Source of the DNA: Clostridia bacterium
Lineage (GTDB): Bacteria > Bacillota > Clostridia > TANB77 > CAG-508
NCBI GenBank assembly: GCA_900754085.1
Contig: CAAEBO010000006.1
Span: forward strand, 10,393 to 74,392
Length of the DNA stretch: 64,000 nucleotides
Direction of reading: 5' to 3'
Shown here in pieces: positions 9,194 to 17,643 of this stretch. Positions within the stretch are counted from its first letter, which is position 1, and each line of letters starts with the position of its first letter. The notes under the pieces were generated by a model. The model worked only from the letters and a program-made list of their open reading frames with translations, searched no databases and had not been told where the DNA came from. Both the position numbers and the translations under genes were made by a program.

Positions 9194-9703
9194 TTATCCT
9201 TCTTTCTCTTTTTGTTGTTTTTCTTTATACTTGTCTAGTATTTTGTTTTCTAAATCTCTCTTTATAGCTGTAATAAATAGTTCTCTTGTACTAATTGGCT
9301 CTACCAATATTGTATACATATTGCATCTATTACCACCTATAATATCTGTAAAAATTTGATCCCCAATTATAGCTAGGTTTTCATATGGTAAATTTAATAA
9401 CTTACTTGCCTTTTTATATCCTCTTTTTAAAGGTTTCGTTCCGAATGATATGTATGGAATATCTAGTGTGGTTGCTACTTTCTTTATTTTCTTTTTGTTG
9501 TTTGAGTTAGATAAAATACAAAATTTAATATTTTGCTTTTTAAGGTTTTCACACCATTCTTCTGCTCCCTCTAATAAGTTATGTTCTAAATCTATTAATG
9601 TGTTATCTACATCTAAGAGTATTCCTTTTATATTATTTTCATTTAACTTTTTTATATCTATATCTTTTATATTTTTACAATAAAAATTGGGATATAATAT
9701 CAT
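9194..9703 (-). CDS. YqeG family HAD-IIIA phosphatase
   Basis: 169 aa. Has LLDVDNTL (DxDxT) and IGDQIFTDI motifs. Confidence 0.85.
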   Translation of the reverse strand: MILYPNFYCKNIKDIDIKKLNENNIKGILLDVDNTLIDLEHNLLEGAEEWCENLKKQNIKFCILSNSNNKKKIKKVATTLDIPYISFGTKPLKRGYKKASKLLNLPYENLAIIGDQIFTDIIGGNRCNMYTILVEPISTRELFITAIKRDLENKILDKYKEKQQKEKEG

Positions 9704-9790
9704 GTAATTATCCTCCTATTTTTCTTTTCATATCTTATCAATATGTCTAGTATTTGTCAAGAATATTACGTTTTCATTTTTTTGCTATGC

Positions 9791-9846
9791 AAAAAACGTG
9801 CCTAAGATTTTCTGATAAATATAAGTTCAAGGAAATCTTAGGTACG
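9791..9846 (-). terminator. Long-stem rho-independent terminator after the SleB-like gene
   Basis: The minus strand reads CGTACCTAAGATTTCC...GAAAATCTTAGGCACG followed by TTTTTTGC. It is related in sequence to 30594..30654. Confidence 0.7.
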
Positions 9847-9901
9847 TTATAATTCTTTATCGCTATACTAACCAATCGACACTTTATTAGTGATTCTATA
9901 T

Positions 9902-10606
9902 CTACTTACAAAATCTATGTCTACCTATAGTTACTGTCATTGGCCTTGACCAAATCCATTTATTTGTGGCTGTTGCAGGATTAAAATAATATATCGCTCC
10001 ATATGATGGATCCCATCCGTTTAGTGCGTCTTGTGCTGCTTTTTTTGCTGTAGAATTCGGTGTTAAATTTATTTGGCCATCACTAACAGCATCAAATGCC
10101 CCTTTTTGGTATACTACTCCAGAAATTGTATTTGGAAATGAACTGCTTCTAACTCTATTTAATACTACTGCCCCTACTGCAACTTGTCCTGTATATGGCT
10201 CTCCTCTTGCTTCTCCATAAATTACTCTTGCAAGTAAGTTTAAATTTGAAGAATTAGAACTAGAAGAACCTGAAGATGACGAATTAAATATTCCCATGGC
10301 TTCCAGTGTATTCTTTCCTGCAATTCCATCTACTGCTAAATTATTTTTTCTTTGGAAATATTTAACCGCTTCTACCGTTTGACTTCCATATATTCCATCT
10401 ATATTTCCTTTATAATATCCCCATCTTTTTAATTTTGTTTGTATTTGAGTAACCTCACTACCTCTAGATCCATATTTTGAAAGTGCTTCTACTTCGCTTC
10501 CATTATTAATATTAGATATAACAAATATAGATAATCCCACAAATAATAATATTATTAATAAAATAACTATGCTTTTTAATGATTTATTTTTTATTTTCTT
10601 TAACAT
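9902..10606 (-). CDS. Spore cortex-lytic/cell-wall hydrolase (PG-binding domain plus SleB-type Hydrolase_2 domain)
   Basis: Signal anchor, PG_binding_1 repeat (GSRGSEVTQIQTKLKRWGYYKGNIDGIYGSQTVEAVKYFQ), poly-Ser linker and the SleB motif ARVIYGEARGEPYTGQVAVGAVVLNR. The start is chosen at MLKKIKNK (10606). The ORF could extend to 10651. Confidence 0.8.
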   Translation of the reverse strand: MLKKIKNKSLKSIVILLIILLFVGLSIFVISNINNGSEVEALSKYGSRGSEVTQIQTKLKRWGYYKGNIDGIYGSQTVEAVKYFQRKNNLAVDGIAGKNTLEAMGIFNSSSSGSSSSNSSNLNLLARVIYGEARGEPYTGQVAVGAVVLNRVRSSSFPNTISGVVYQKGAFDAVSDGQINLTPNSTAKKAAQDALNGWDPSYGAIYYFNPATATNKWIWSRPMTVTIGRHRFCK

Positions 10607-10674
10607 AAAAACACCACACTTTATAAAACAATTTAAAATTATTTTATCCATATATGGTGTTTTTATACAATATA

Positions 10675-12321
10675 TTAAAATATTCCTTCTATTATTCCAT
10701 TGTCATCTATATTAATATTTTCTGCTGCTGGCTTTTTTGGAAGTCCAGGCATTGTCATTATTTTTCCTGTTAAAACAACAATAAATTCTGCTCCTGCTTT
10801 TAATTTTAGGTCTGTCACATGAAGATTAAATGGTTTATCTCCTAATAAATCTTTTGGATCATCTGAAAATGAATATTGTGTTTTTGCTATACAAATTGGC
10901 ATTTTTAAATTATTTAATTTCTCTAATTGTTCCTTTGCCAATTCTGAATATTCTACTCCTATCGCACCATAAATTTTTTGTGCTACTTTTGTTATTTTCT
11001 CTTCTATTGTGTCATTAATATTATATATATATTCAAAATTATTTTCATTTTCACATATTTTTATAAGTTTATTCGCTAAGTCTATAGCTCCTTCGCCACC
11101 TTTTTCCCAATTTTCTAATAAACTTATTTCTACAGTTTCTTCTAGCATTTGCTTTAATGTTTCTATTTCTCTCTCTGTGTCATTAGAAAATTTGTTAATA
11201 GCAACAATTGGTGTTATTCCATATTTTTTTATATTTTCTATATGTCTTAGTAAATTGTTTATTCCTATTTTTAAAGCCTCTACATTTTCGTTAGTACATT
11301 CTTCTTTACTTACGCCACCATGGTATTTTAAAGCTCTTAAAGTTGCTACTATTACTACTACGTTAGGTTTCTTATTTAATAGTCTACATTTTATATCTAA
11401 AAATTTTTCTGCTCCTAAATCTGCTCCAAATCCTGCTTCTGTAACTACATAGTCCCCCATTTTTAATGCCATATTTGTTGCAATTACACTGTTACATCCG
11501 TGTGCAATATTTGCAAATGGTCCACCATGTATTAGTACAGGATTATTTTCTAAAGTTTGTACTAAATTAGGATTAATTGCATCTTTTAAAAGTACAGCTA
11601 AACTTCCCTCGGCTTTTAAATCTTTACAAGTAATTGGTTTATTTTGTTTACTGTATCCTATAATTATATTGCCTAGCCTTCTTTTTAAGTCTTTCATATC
11701 TTTTGCTAAACATAATATTGCCATAATTTCTGAAGCAACTGTAATGTCAAAACCATCTTCCCTTGGCACCATATTTTTTTCGCCCGAAAGAGAAATTTGT
11801 ACTTTTCTTAATGATCTATCATTTAGGTCTACACAACGCTTCCATGTTACTTTTTCTATTTCTAATTCGTTTCCTTGCCAAATATGATTATCTATAATCG
11901 CACTTAACAAATTGTTTGCTGTAGTTATTGCATGAATATCTCCTGTAAAATGTAAATTTATATCTTCCATTGGCGCCACCTGTGAATATCCTCCACCAGT
12001 AGCTCCTCCTTTTATTCCAAAAACTGGTCCAAGTGAAGGTTCTCTTAAAGCCAATATTGACTTTTTATTTAGTTTATTCAATGCGTCTGTAATTCCTATA
12101 GAGGTTGTGGTTTTTCCTTCACCTAGTGGTGTTGGATTTATTGCTGTAACTAATATTAATTTTCCATCATTATTGTTTTTTATTTTTTCGTAATAATCTA
12201 AGGAGATTTTCGCTTTATATTTTCCATATTGTTCCACATATTCGTCATCTATTTTTAAAGCTTCTGCAATTTTGTTTATATTCTTTAATTTTGCATTTCT
12301 TGCAATTTCAATATCTTGCAT
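10675..12321 (-). CDS. fhs: Formate--tetrahydrofolate ligase
   Basis: 548 aa. Contains [13 protein letters not shown] and [13 protein letters not shown]. Confidence 0.95.
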   Translation of the reverse strand: MQDIEIARNAKLKNINKIAEALKIDDEYVEQYGKYKAKISLDYYEKIKNNNDGKLILVTAINPTPLGEGKTTTSIGITDALNKLNKKSILALREPSLGPVFGIKGGATGGGYSQVAPMEDINLHFTGDIHAITTANNLLSAIIDNHIWQGNELEIEKVTWKRCVDLNDRSLRKVQISLSGEKNMVPREDGFDITVASEIMAILCLAKDMKDLKRRLGNIIIGYSKQNKPITCKDLKAEGSLAVLLKDAINPNLVQTLENNPVLIHGGPFANIAHGCNSVIATNMALKMGDYVVTEAGFGADLGAEKFLDIKCRLLNKKPNVVVIVATLRALKYHGGVSKEECTNENVEALKIGINNLLRHIENIKKYGITPIVAINKFSNDTEREIETLKQMLEETVEISLLENWEKGGEGAIDLANKLIKICENENNFEYIYNINDTIEEKITKVAQKIYGAIGVEYSELAKEQLEKLNNLKMPICIAKTQYSFSDDPKDLLGDKPFNLHVTDLKLKAGAEFIVVLTGKIMTMPGLPKKPAAENINIDDNGIIEGIF

Positions 12322-12390
12322 AAGAGACCTCCTTTTATCTTATTTATAGATTTAGCTATAAAACTTTCTTTTTTCTAGTAATTCATATTA

Positions 12391-12831
12391 TTAGAATATA
12401 CATCCTACTATTATACCAATTATCGCTCCAACTATTACTTGCAATGGTGTATGCCCTAAAACTTCAACCAATTTTTCTGAAACTTCTATGCCAGAAAGCC
12501 CTGGTGTTTCTACTAATTTATTTAATAGTTTTGCTTGTTTTCCAGCTGCTCTTCTTACTCCTGCCGCATCATACATAACAACAAATGCAAATATTACTGA
12601 AAGAGCAAAAGTAGGACTATCTAATCCACACTCTCTAGCTATTAATGTTGCTAAAGAAACAACAACTGCTGAATGTGAACTAGGCATTCCTCCTGCCCCT
12701 AAAATTCTTTTAAAATTAAATTTCTTTGTAGTTACTAAATCCCAAATAACCTTAAATAATTGTATCGAAAACCATGTTAATAATGGCACATATATAAATT
12801 TATTTGTTATAAAATCTGTTAAAAATTCCAT
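12391..12831 (-). CDS. Divergent PAP2 family membrane protein (DUF212/YuiD-like)
   Basis: 146 aa. Contains GGMPSSHSA and a polytopic hydrophobic profile. Confidence 0.8.
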   Translation of the reverse strand: MEFLTDFITNKFIYVPLLTWFSIQLFKVIWDLVTTKKFNFKRILGAGGMPSSHSAVVVSLATLIARECGLDSPTFALSVIFAFVVMYDAAGVRRAAGKQAKLLNKLVETPGLSGIEVSEKLVEVLGHTPLQVIVGAIIGIIVGCIF

Positions 12832-12842
12832 TGCTATCTATC

Positions 12843-13070
12843 CTATCCTTCCTTTGGTAAAAAATTATCTTCTGTTATATTTCCATCTTCATTTATTAAT
12901 ATATTAATTCTTTTTTCTGAATCTTCTAATATTTTATTACATTCTTTAGAAAGTTTTATACCTTCTTCAAATTTTTTTACTGATTCATCTAAAGATAGTT
13001 CTCCTTTTTCTAATTCTGCAGTAATTTGCTCTAATTTTTGCATTGTTTCTTCAAAATTAACTTCTTTCAT
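12843..13070 (-). CDS. xseB: Exodeoxyribonuclease VII small subunit
   Basis: 75 aa. Contains FEETMQKLEQITAELEKGELSLDESVKKFEEG and lies downstream of xseA. Confidence 0.9.
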   Translation of the reverse strand: MKEVNFEETMQKLEQITAELEKGELSLDESVKKFEEGIKLSKECNKILEDSEKRINILINEDGNITEDNFLPKEG

Positions 13071-13084
13071 ATTTCCCCCATATC

Positions 13085-14272
13085 TTAAAGAATCTTAGCT
13101 TCTTTATTACCATTACTTAATCTAATATTTACTATGTCACCTTGTTCTAATTCTTGTACGCTTTTTATTATTTGATTATCTTTTTCTATTATAGAATATC
13201 CTCTGCTCAATGTTTTTAAAGGACTTAACGCATCCAATTTAGAAAAATGTTTCACAGCTTCTGTCTTACTTAATTGTAACTTATTATTTATACTATTTAT
13301 TATAGACTTTGTTATTATATCTATTTTCAGATAATTATCATTTATATTTTTTAATGGATCTGTATATATTCTGCTTTTCATGCACTTTTCATATCTCATT
13401 TTCATTATTTCTACTTTTTTTCTTAGTGCATTTTTTAGTCTTATATTATATGTATCCAAGTTCTGCTTTATATTTACTATATTTGGAACTACTATTTCAG
13501 CTGCTGCTGATGGTGTTGGTGCGCGCAAGTCTGCTACAAAATCAGAAATAGAAAAATCAGTTTCGTGTCCTACTGCAGAAACTATTGGTATTTCTGAATT
13601 ATAAATAGCTCTTGCTACAACTTCTTCATTAAAAGGCCATAAATCTTCTAATGAACCTCCTCCTCTTGCTAGAATTAATACATCTGCAAGTTTTTTATCA
13701 TTCATTATTTTTATAGCCTCTGCAATTTTGCTTCCAGCTCCCTCACCTTGTACAGGAACTGGGTATAATCTTATATATACATTTGGATTTCTTCTAGTAG
13801 AAACATTTATAATATCTTTTATTACAGAACCTGTATTAGAAGTTAATACACCTATAACTTTAGGCATAATAGGTAGTTTCTTTTTGTTATCTTCTTTAAA
13901 TAGCCCTTCTTTGTCTAATTTTTCTTTTAGCTGTTCATATGCTGTATATAAACTACCCATTCCATCTTCTTGCATGCCTTTACAATATAATTGGTAAACT
14001 CCATCTCTTTCGAAAACTGAAACAGTACCAAAAGCTAATACACTCATCCCATCTTTTGGTACAAATTTTAAATTGGTTGTATATGACTTAAACATAATGC
14101 ATTTTATTAATGAATTATCATCTTTTAGCGTAAAATACATATGACCTGTATAATGATGTTTAAAATTTGATATTTCCCCTTTTATTAATACATTATTTAA
14201 ATATTCATCATCTGCTATTTTGTTTTTAATATAATAATTTAAATCTGTTACTGAAATTGCTTTGTATTCCAT
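13085..14272 (-). CDS. xseA: Exodeoxyribonuclease VII large subunit
   Basis: 395 aa. Has an N-terminal OB fold (GEISNFKHHYTGHMYFTLKD) and the catalytic region ARGGGSLEDLWPFNEE, TAVGHETD. Confidence 0.92.
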   Translation of the reverse strand: MEYKAISVTDLNYYIKNKIADDEYLNNVLIKGEISNFKHHYTGHMYFTLKDDNSLIKCIMFKSYTTNLKFVPKDGMSVLAFGTVSVFERDGVYQLYCKGMQEDGMGSLYTAYEQLKEKLDKEGLFKEDNKKKLPIMPKVIGVLTSNTGSVIKDIINVSTRRNPNVYIRLYPVPVQGEGAGSKIAEAIKIMNDKKLADVLILARGGGSLEDLWPFNEEVVARAIYNSEIPIVSAVGHETDFSISDFVADLRAPTPSAAAEIVVPNIVNIKQNLDTYNIRLKNALRKKVEIMKMRYEKCMKSRIYTDPLKNINDNYLKIDIITKSIINSINNKLQLSKTEAVKHFSKLDALSPLKTLSRGYSIIEKDNQIIKSVQELEQGDIVNIRLSNGNKEAKIL

Positions 14273-14679
14273 TATTCTATGTTTAACTCCTTAACAACTT
14301 TTGCAAGTACACCATTAATAAATGAAGCAGATGTTTCTTCTCCATATTTTTTTGCAAGTTCTACCACTTCATTTATAACAACTTTAAATGGTATTTCTTT
14401 ATACTGGATTTCATAAATTGCAAGCATTAGTAATGATTTATCTATTTTAGAAATTCTATCTATTGACCAATTATCTTTAAGATTTTTAGAAATTTTGTTT
14501 AATATATCTTCTTTTTTATTATTTATTTCATTTATATCTTTAATAATTTCATCTTTATCTCTATCTTTTAAATTATTTGCTTCTAAAAAGATTTTTAACT
14601 CTTCATCATTCATTTCTTTGTTTATTTGGCCACTATATAATGCTTTAAATGTTAATTCTCTTTTAGCTGATTTTTCCAT
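14272..14679 (-). CDS. nusB: Transcription antitermination factor NusB
   Basis: 135 aa. Contains VVINEVVELAKKYGEETSASFINGVLAKV. Confidence 0.9.
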   Translation of the reverse strand: MEKSAKRELTFKALYSGQINKEMNDEELKIFLEANNLKDRDKDEIIKDINEINNKKEDILNKISKNLKDNWSIDRISKIDKSLLMLAIYEIQYKEIPFKVVINEVVELAKKYGEETSASFINGVLAKVVKELNIE

Positions 14680-14692
14680 TTATTTCCCCTTC

Positions 14693-14896
14693 TTACATTC
14701 TGTCTATAAAATTTTTCAATTTTTCTTTTACTGCATATTTATTTCTTTGAATATAATTTCCTACAAAAATACCCATTCCTATTAAAATAATTCCAATAAT
14801 TAATTTATATAATTCTGTAAGTAAAATTAGTATTGCTATTATTGCTCCTATTATTGCTCCTTTATATTCAGAAATAAAATCTTTAAAACCATTCAT
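14693..14896 (-). CDS. DUF2273 small integral membrane protein
   Basis: 67 aa with two TM segments. It occupies the conserved position after asp23-amaP. Confidence 0.7.
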   Translation of the reverse strand: MNGFKDFISEYKGAIIGAIIAILILLTELYKLIIGIILIGMGIFVGNYIQRNKYAVKEKLKNFIDRM

Positions 14897-14943
14897 TTCT
14901 TATCTCCCTTTCTAATCTTCCTACTGCAATTTTTATTTAAACC

Positions 14944-14972
14944 GGGATTTTAAGGACCGTCCCCAAAATCCC
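14944..14972 (-). repeat. 29-nt palindromic REP-like element, copy A
   Basis: The minus strand reads GGGATTTTGGGGACGGTCCTTAAAATCCC. It starts 5 nt after the amaP stop. Confidence 0.8.
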
Positions 14973-14977
14973 TATTT

Positions 14978-15532
14978 TTAATTTTCTACTGCATTTTCTG
15001 TTTTTGGAGTGATGTTTCTAATTTTTACATTTACTGCTTTTGTTTCTAAATCTGATGTTTTCTTTATTGCTTCTTTTACTCTATTTTGAATGCTAGCTGT
15101 TAGATCTTTTATTACGATATTTGGATGTACATATAATGTTATATATACTTTTAAATTATTTTCTTTGTCTAGTCCTACTTTAGCTACAACGTTTTCTGTT
15201 CCATCAAATCCTCTAACTATATTTATAACTAAGTTTTCTAATGTATCTTTAGATATTAATAATCTTCCATTATCGTTTTCCATTAAAACTCCATCTTTAG
15301 TAGCTCTTTCATCTTTTCCACTAAAGAAAATTGCTTTTAATGCTAATAGTATAACTACAATTGAAACACCTAATATTACGTTAGAATATGGCTCTGTACT
15401 TAGTCCTGTTTCTATATATGGTACTAAGTTTTCTAATTCTAACCAACCAAATACTATGCTAGATGTTACAACTGCTAATACGAACATTAATATTGAAAAT
15501 ATTACTAATATAAGTTTATCTAAAAATTTCAT
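14978..15532 (-). CDS. amaP: Alkaline shock response membrane anchor protein AmaP
   Basis: 184 aa with an N-terminal TM pair. It lies immediately downstream of the Asp23-family gene. Confidence 0.75.
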   Translation of the reverse strand: MKFLDKLILVIFSILMFVLAVVTSSIVFGWLELENLVPYIETGLSTEPYSNVILGVSIVVILLALKAIFFSGKDERATKDGVLMENDNGRLLISKDTLENLVINIVRGFDGTENVVAKVGLDKENNLKVYITLYVHPNIVIKDLTASIQNRVKEAIKKTSDLETKAVNVKIRNITPKTENAVEN

Positions 15533-15542
15533 TTTATCCTCC

Positions 15543-15944
15543 TTATTCTTCTTCTTTTGTTTTTTCTACATTTACACCTTGTACATGAACATTTACTTCA
15601 TTTACTTTTAGCCCTGTCATGTTTTCTACTGTTTGTTTTACTTTATTTTGAATATCAAATGCTACATCTGGTATACGAACTCCATAATTTACTATTATAT
15701 TTACATCTATTTTTACATTGTTTCCAGCTATATCTGCTTTAATACCTTTGCTTAAATTTTTCTTTCCACTTAATACTTCTGTTATTCCTCCTGTTATTCC
15801 TCCTGCCATTTCTGCAACACCAGAAATTTCTGAAACAGCAATTCCAGATATAGTTGTTATAACTTCTTCAGATATATTTATATTTTCTTCTTCCTCTTTT
15901 AAAATATTTTCTACTAAGTTTACCTTCTCTTTGTTTTCTTCCAT
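15543..15944 (-). CDS. Asp23/Gls24 family envelope stress protein
   Basis: Contains ISEEVITTISGIAVSEISGVAEM, with the length and profile typical of Asp23. Confidence 0.88.
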   Translation of the reverse strand: MEENKEKVNLVENILKEEEENINISEEVITTISGIAVSEISGVAEMAGGITGGITEVLSGKKNLSKGIKADIAGNNVKIDVNIIVNYGVRIPDVAFDIQNKVKQTVENMTGLKVNEVNVHVQGVNVEKTKEEE

Positions 15945-16008
15945 ATTTATACCTCCAAACCAAAACTAGCATTTGCAATCTTCCTCTAATGCAAAAACCT
16001 TGTACTAG

Positions 16009-16049
16009 AAAAAAATTGATATACCTAAAATATGTATAAAGTATATCAA
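16009..16049 (-). terminator. Rho-independent terminator after fmt
   Basis: The minus strand reads TTGATATAC-(16 nt)-GTATATCAA followed by TTTTTTT. Confidence 0.7.
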
Positions 16050-16113
16050 TTTATATATTTTTTTACAACTATTTTAAGAAAATATTTATATATAATTTCC
16101 TTAATTTTTACAT

Positions 16114-17109
16114 TTATTTTTCTTTTGAAAAAAACATACCAGCAGTTAAATGATTTCCTCTTAAAAAGTCTGTAGTGTTCATTCTTTTGGCATTTTCTCC
16201 TTGAATCTCTAGTATTTTTAGTACTCCACCTTCTGCTTTTATATATAGACCATCTTTATCATCTGCAATTATAATTGTTCCTGGCATTAGGGTATTAAAT
16301 TTATATTCATATTCTTCAAATTCTGTTTTGTATGAAAAGAACTCTTCTTTTGTTAAAATTTTTGATCTCCAAAATTTAACTTTTTTACCATCTATATACG
16401 AAAATGCTCCCATAATTGGATTTAATCCTCTTATTAAATTATGAATCTTGTATATGTCATTTTCTTCCCAATCAATTAATGCCATCTCTTTACTTAGCAT
16501 TGGTGCTAAAGAAAATTCCTCTGGTTGTTTTTCTCTAGGAGCTTTTCCTTCTTCTATTAATTTTAAGGTTTCTACTAGAAGATTGCCTCCAATTTTCGAA
16601 AGTTTTTCCCACAATTCCCCAGTTGTTTCCTCTGGTGAAATTTCTACTTCTTCTTTTAAAATCATATCACCAGTATCCATTCCTTCATTCATATACATTG
16701 TCGTAATTCCTGTAGTTTTATCGCCATTTAATACTGCCCATTGTATTGGAGCTGCTCCTCTATATTTAGGAAGTAATGAACCATGTACATTTATACATCC
16801 CAATCTAGGTATTTCTAAAATTTCTTTTGGCAATATCTTTCCATATGCAACCACACAAATTATATCTGGTTTCATATTTTTAATTTCTTCCAAAAATTCT
16901 AAATTATTCTTTATTTTGTTTGGTTGATAAACTGCTATATTTTTCTCTAAAGCATATTCTTTTACTGGTGAGTATGCCATTTTCATTCCTCTACCTTTTG
17001 GTTTATCTGGGTTAGTTACTACTCCTATTATATTAAATTTTGCTTCATATATGCTTTTTAATGATTCTTGTGCAAAATCTGGTGTTCCCATAAATAAAAC
17101 TTTTAACAT
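16114..17109 (-). CDS. fmt: Methionyl-tRNA formyltransferase
   Basis: Contains FMGTPDFA, NVHGSLLPKYRGAAPIQWA and the C-terminal domain. Confidence 0.95.
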   Translation of the reverse strand: MLKVLFMGTPDFAQESLKSIYEAKFNIIGVVTNPDKPKGRGMKMAYSPVKEYALEKNIAVYQPNKIKNNLEFLEEIKNMKPDIICVVAYGKILPKEILEIPRLGCINVHGSLLPKYRGAAPIQWAVLNGDKTTGITTMYMNEGMDTGDMILKEEVEISPEETTGELWEKLSKIGGNLLVETLKLIEEGKAPREKQPEEFSLAPMLSKEMALIDWEENDIYKIHNLIRGLNPIMGAFSYIDGKKVKFWRSKILTKEEFFSYKTEFEEYEYKFNTLMPGTIIIADDKDGLYIKAEGGVLKILEIQGENAKRMNTTDFLRGNHLTAGMFFSKEK

Positions 17110-17149
17110 ATTAATCTCCTTTTATTTTAATTTATATGCTATTAAACGG

Positions 17150-17629
17150 TTATTCTTCATCTGGCTTCACTATTTCTAAAGTACCTGGTATCATGTTGTC
17201 TACAAACAAAATTCCATCTAAGTGATCTGTTTCGTGGCAAATTGCTTGTGCTAATAATTCTTTAGCTTTTATTTTTTGTTTTTTTCCATTTACATCGTAA
17301 TATTCTGCCTCTACTTCTTTTGGTCTTACAACAACTGCGAATTTATTTGGAAAACTTAAACATCCTTCTTCTACTTCTCGTTCTCCTTTTGTTTTTGTAA
17401 TTACTGGATTTATTAATGTAATTGGACCTTTTCCATCATATACATCTATAACAACTACTCTTTTTAAAATACCTACTTGTTGAGCAGCAAGTCCAACCCC
17501 ATTATTTTTATGCATAGTTTCTATCATATCTTCTACTAATGACTTTAGTTTTTCATCAAAAACTTCTACTGTTCTTGCTTTTTTTCTTAAAATTTCGTCA
17601 CCATCTTTTCTAATTAGTCGTATTGCCAT
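17150..17629 (-). CDS. def: Peptide deformylase
   Basis: Motifs GVGLAAQQVG, EGCLSFP and HETDHLDG. Confidence 0.95.
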   Translation of the reverse strand: MAIRLIRKDGDEILRKKARTVEVFDEKLKSLVEDMIETMHKNNGVGLAAQQVGILKRVVVIDVYDGKGPITLINPVITKTKGEREVEEGCLSFPNKFAVVVRPKEVEAEYYDVNGKKQKIKAKELLAQAICHETDHLDGILFVDNMIPGTLEIVKPDEE

Positions 17630-17643
17630 TTTATCCTCCTTTT

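Noticed and set aside
12322-12390. A possible ZTP (pfl) or THF riboswitch upstream of fhs.
   Set aside because: Only 69 nt separate fhs from the preceding gene, and the stretch shows none of the conserved pseudoknot or GC-rich cores. fhs appears to be read through from the upstream genes.
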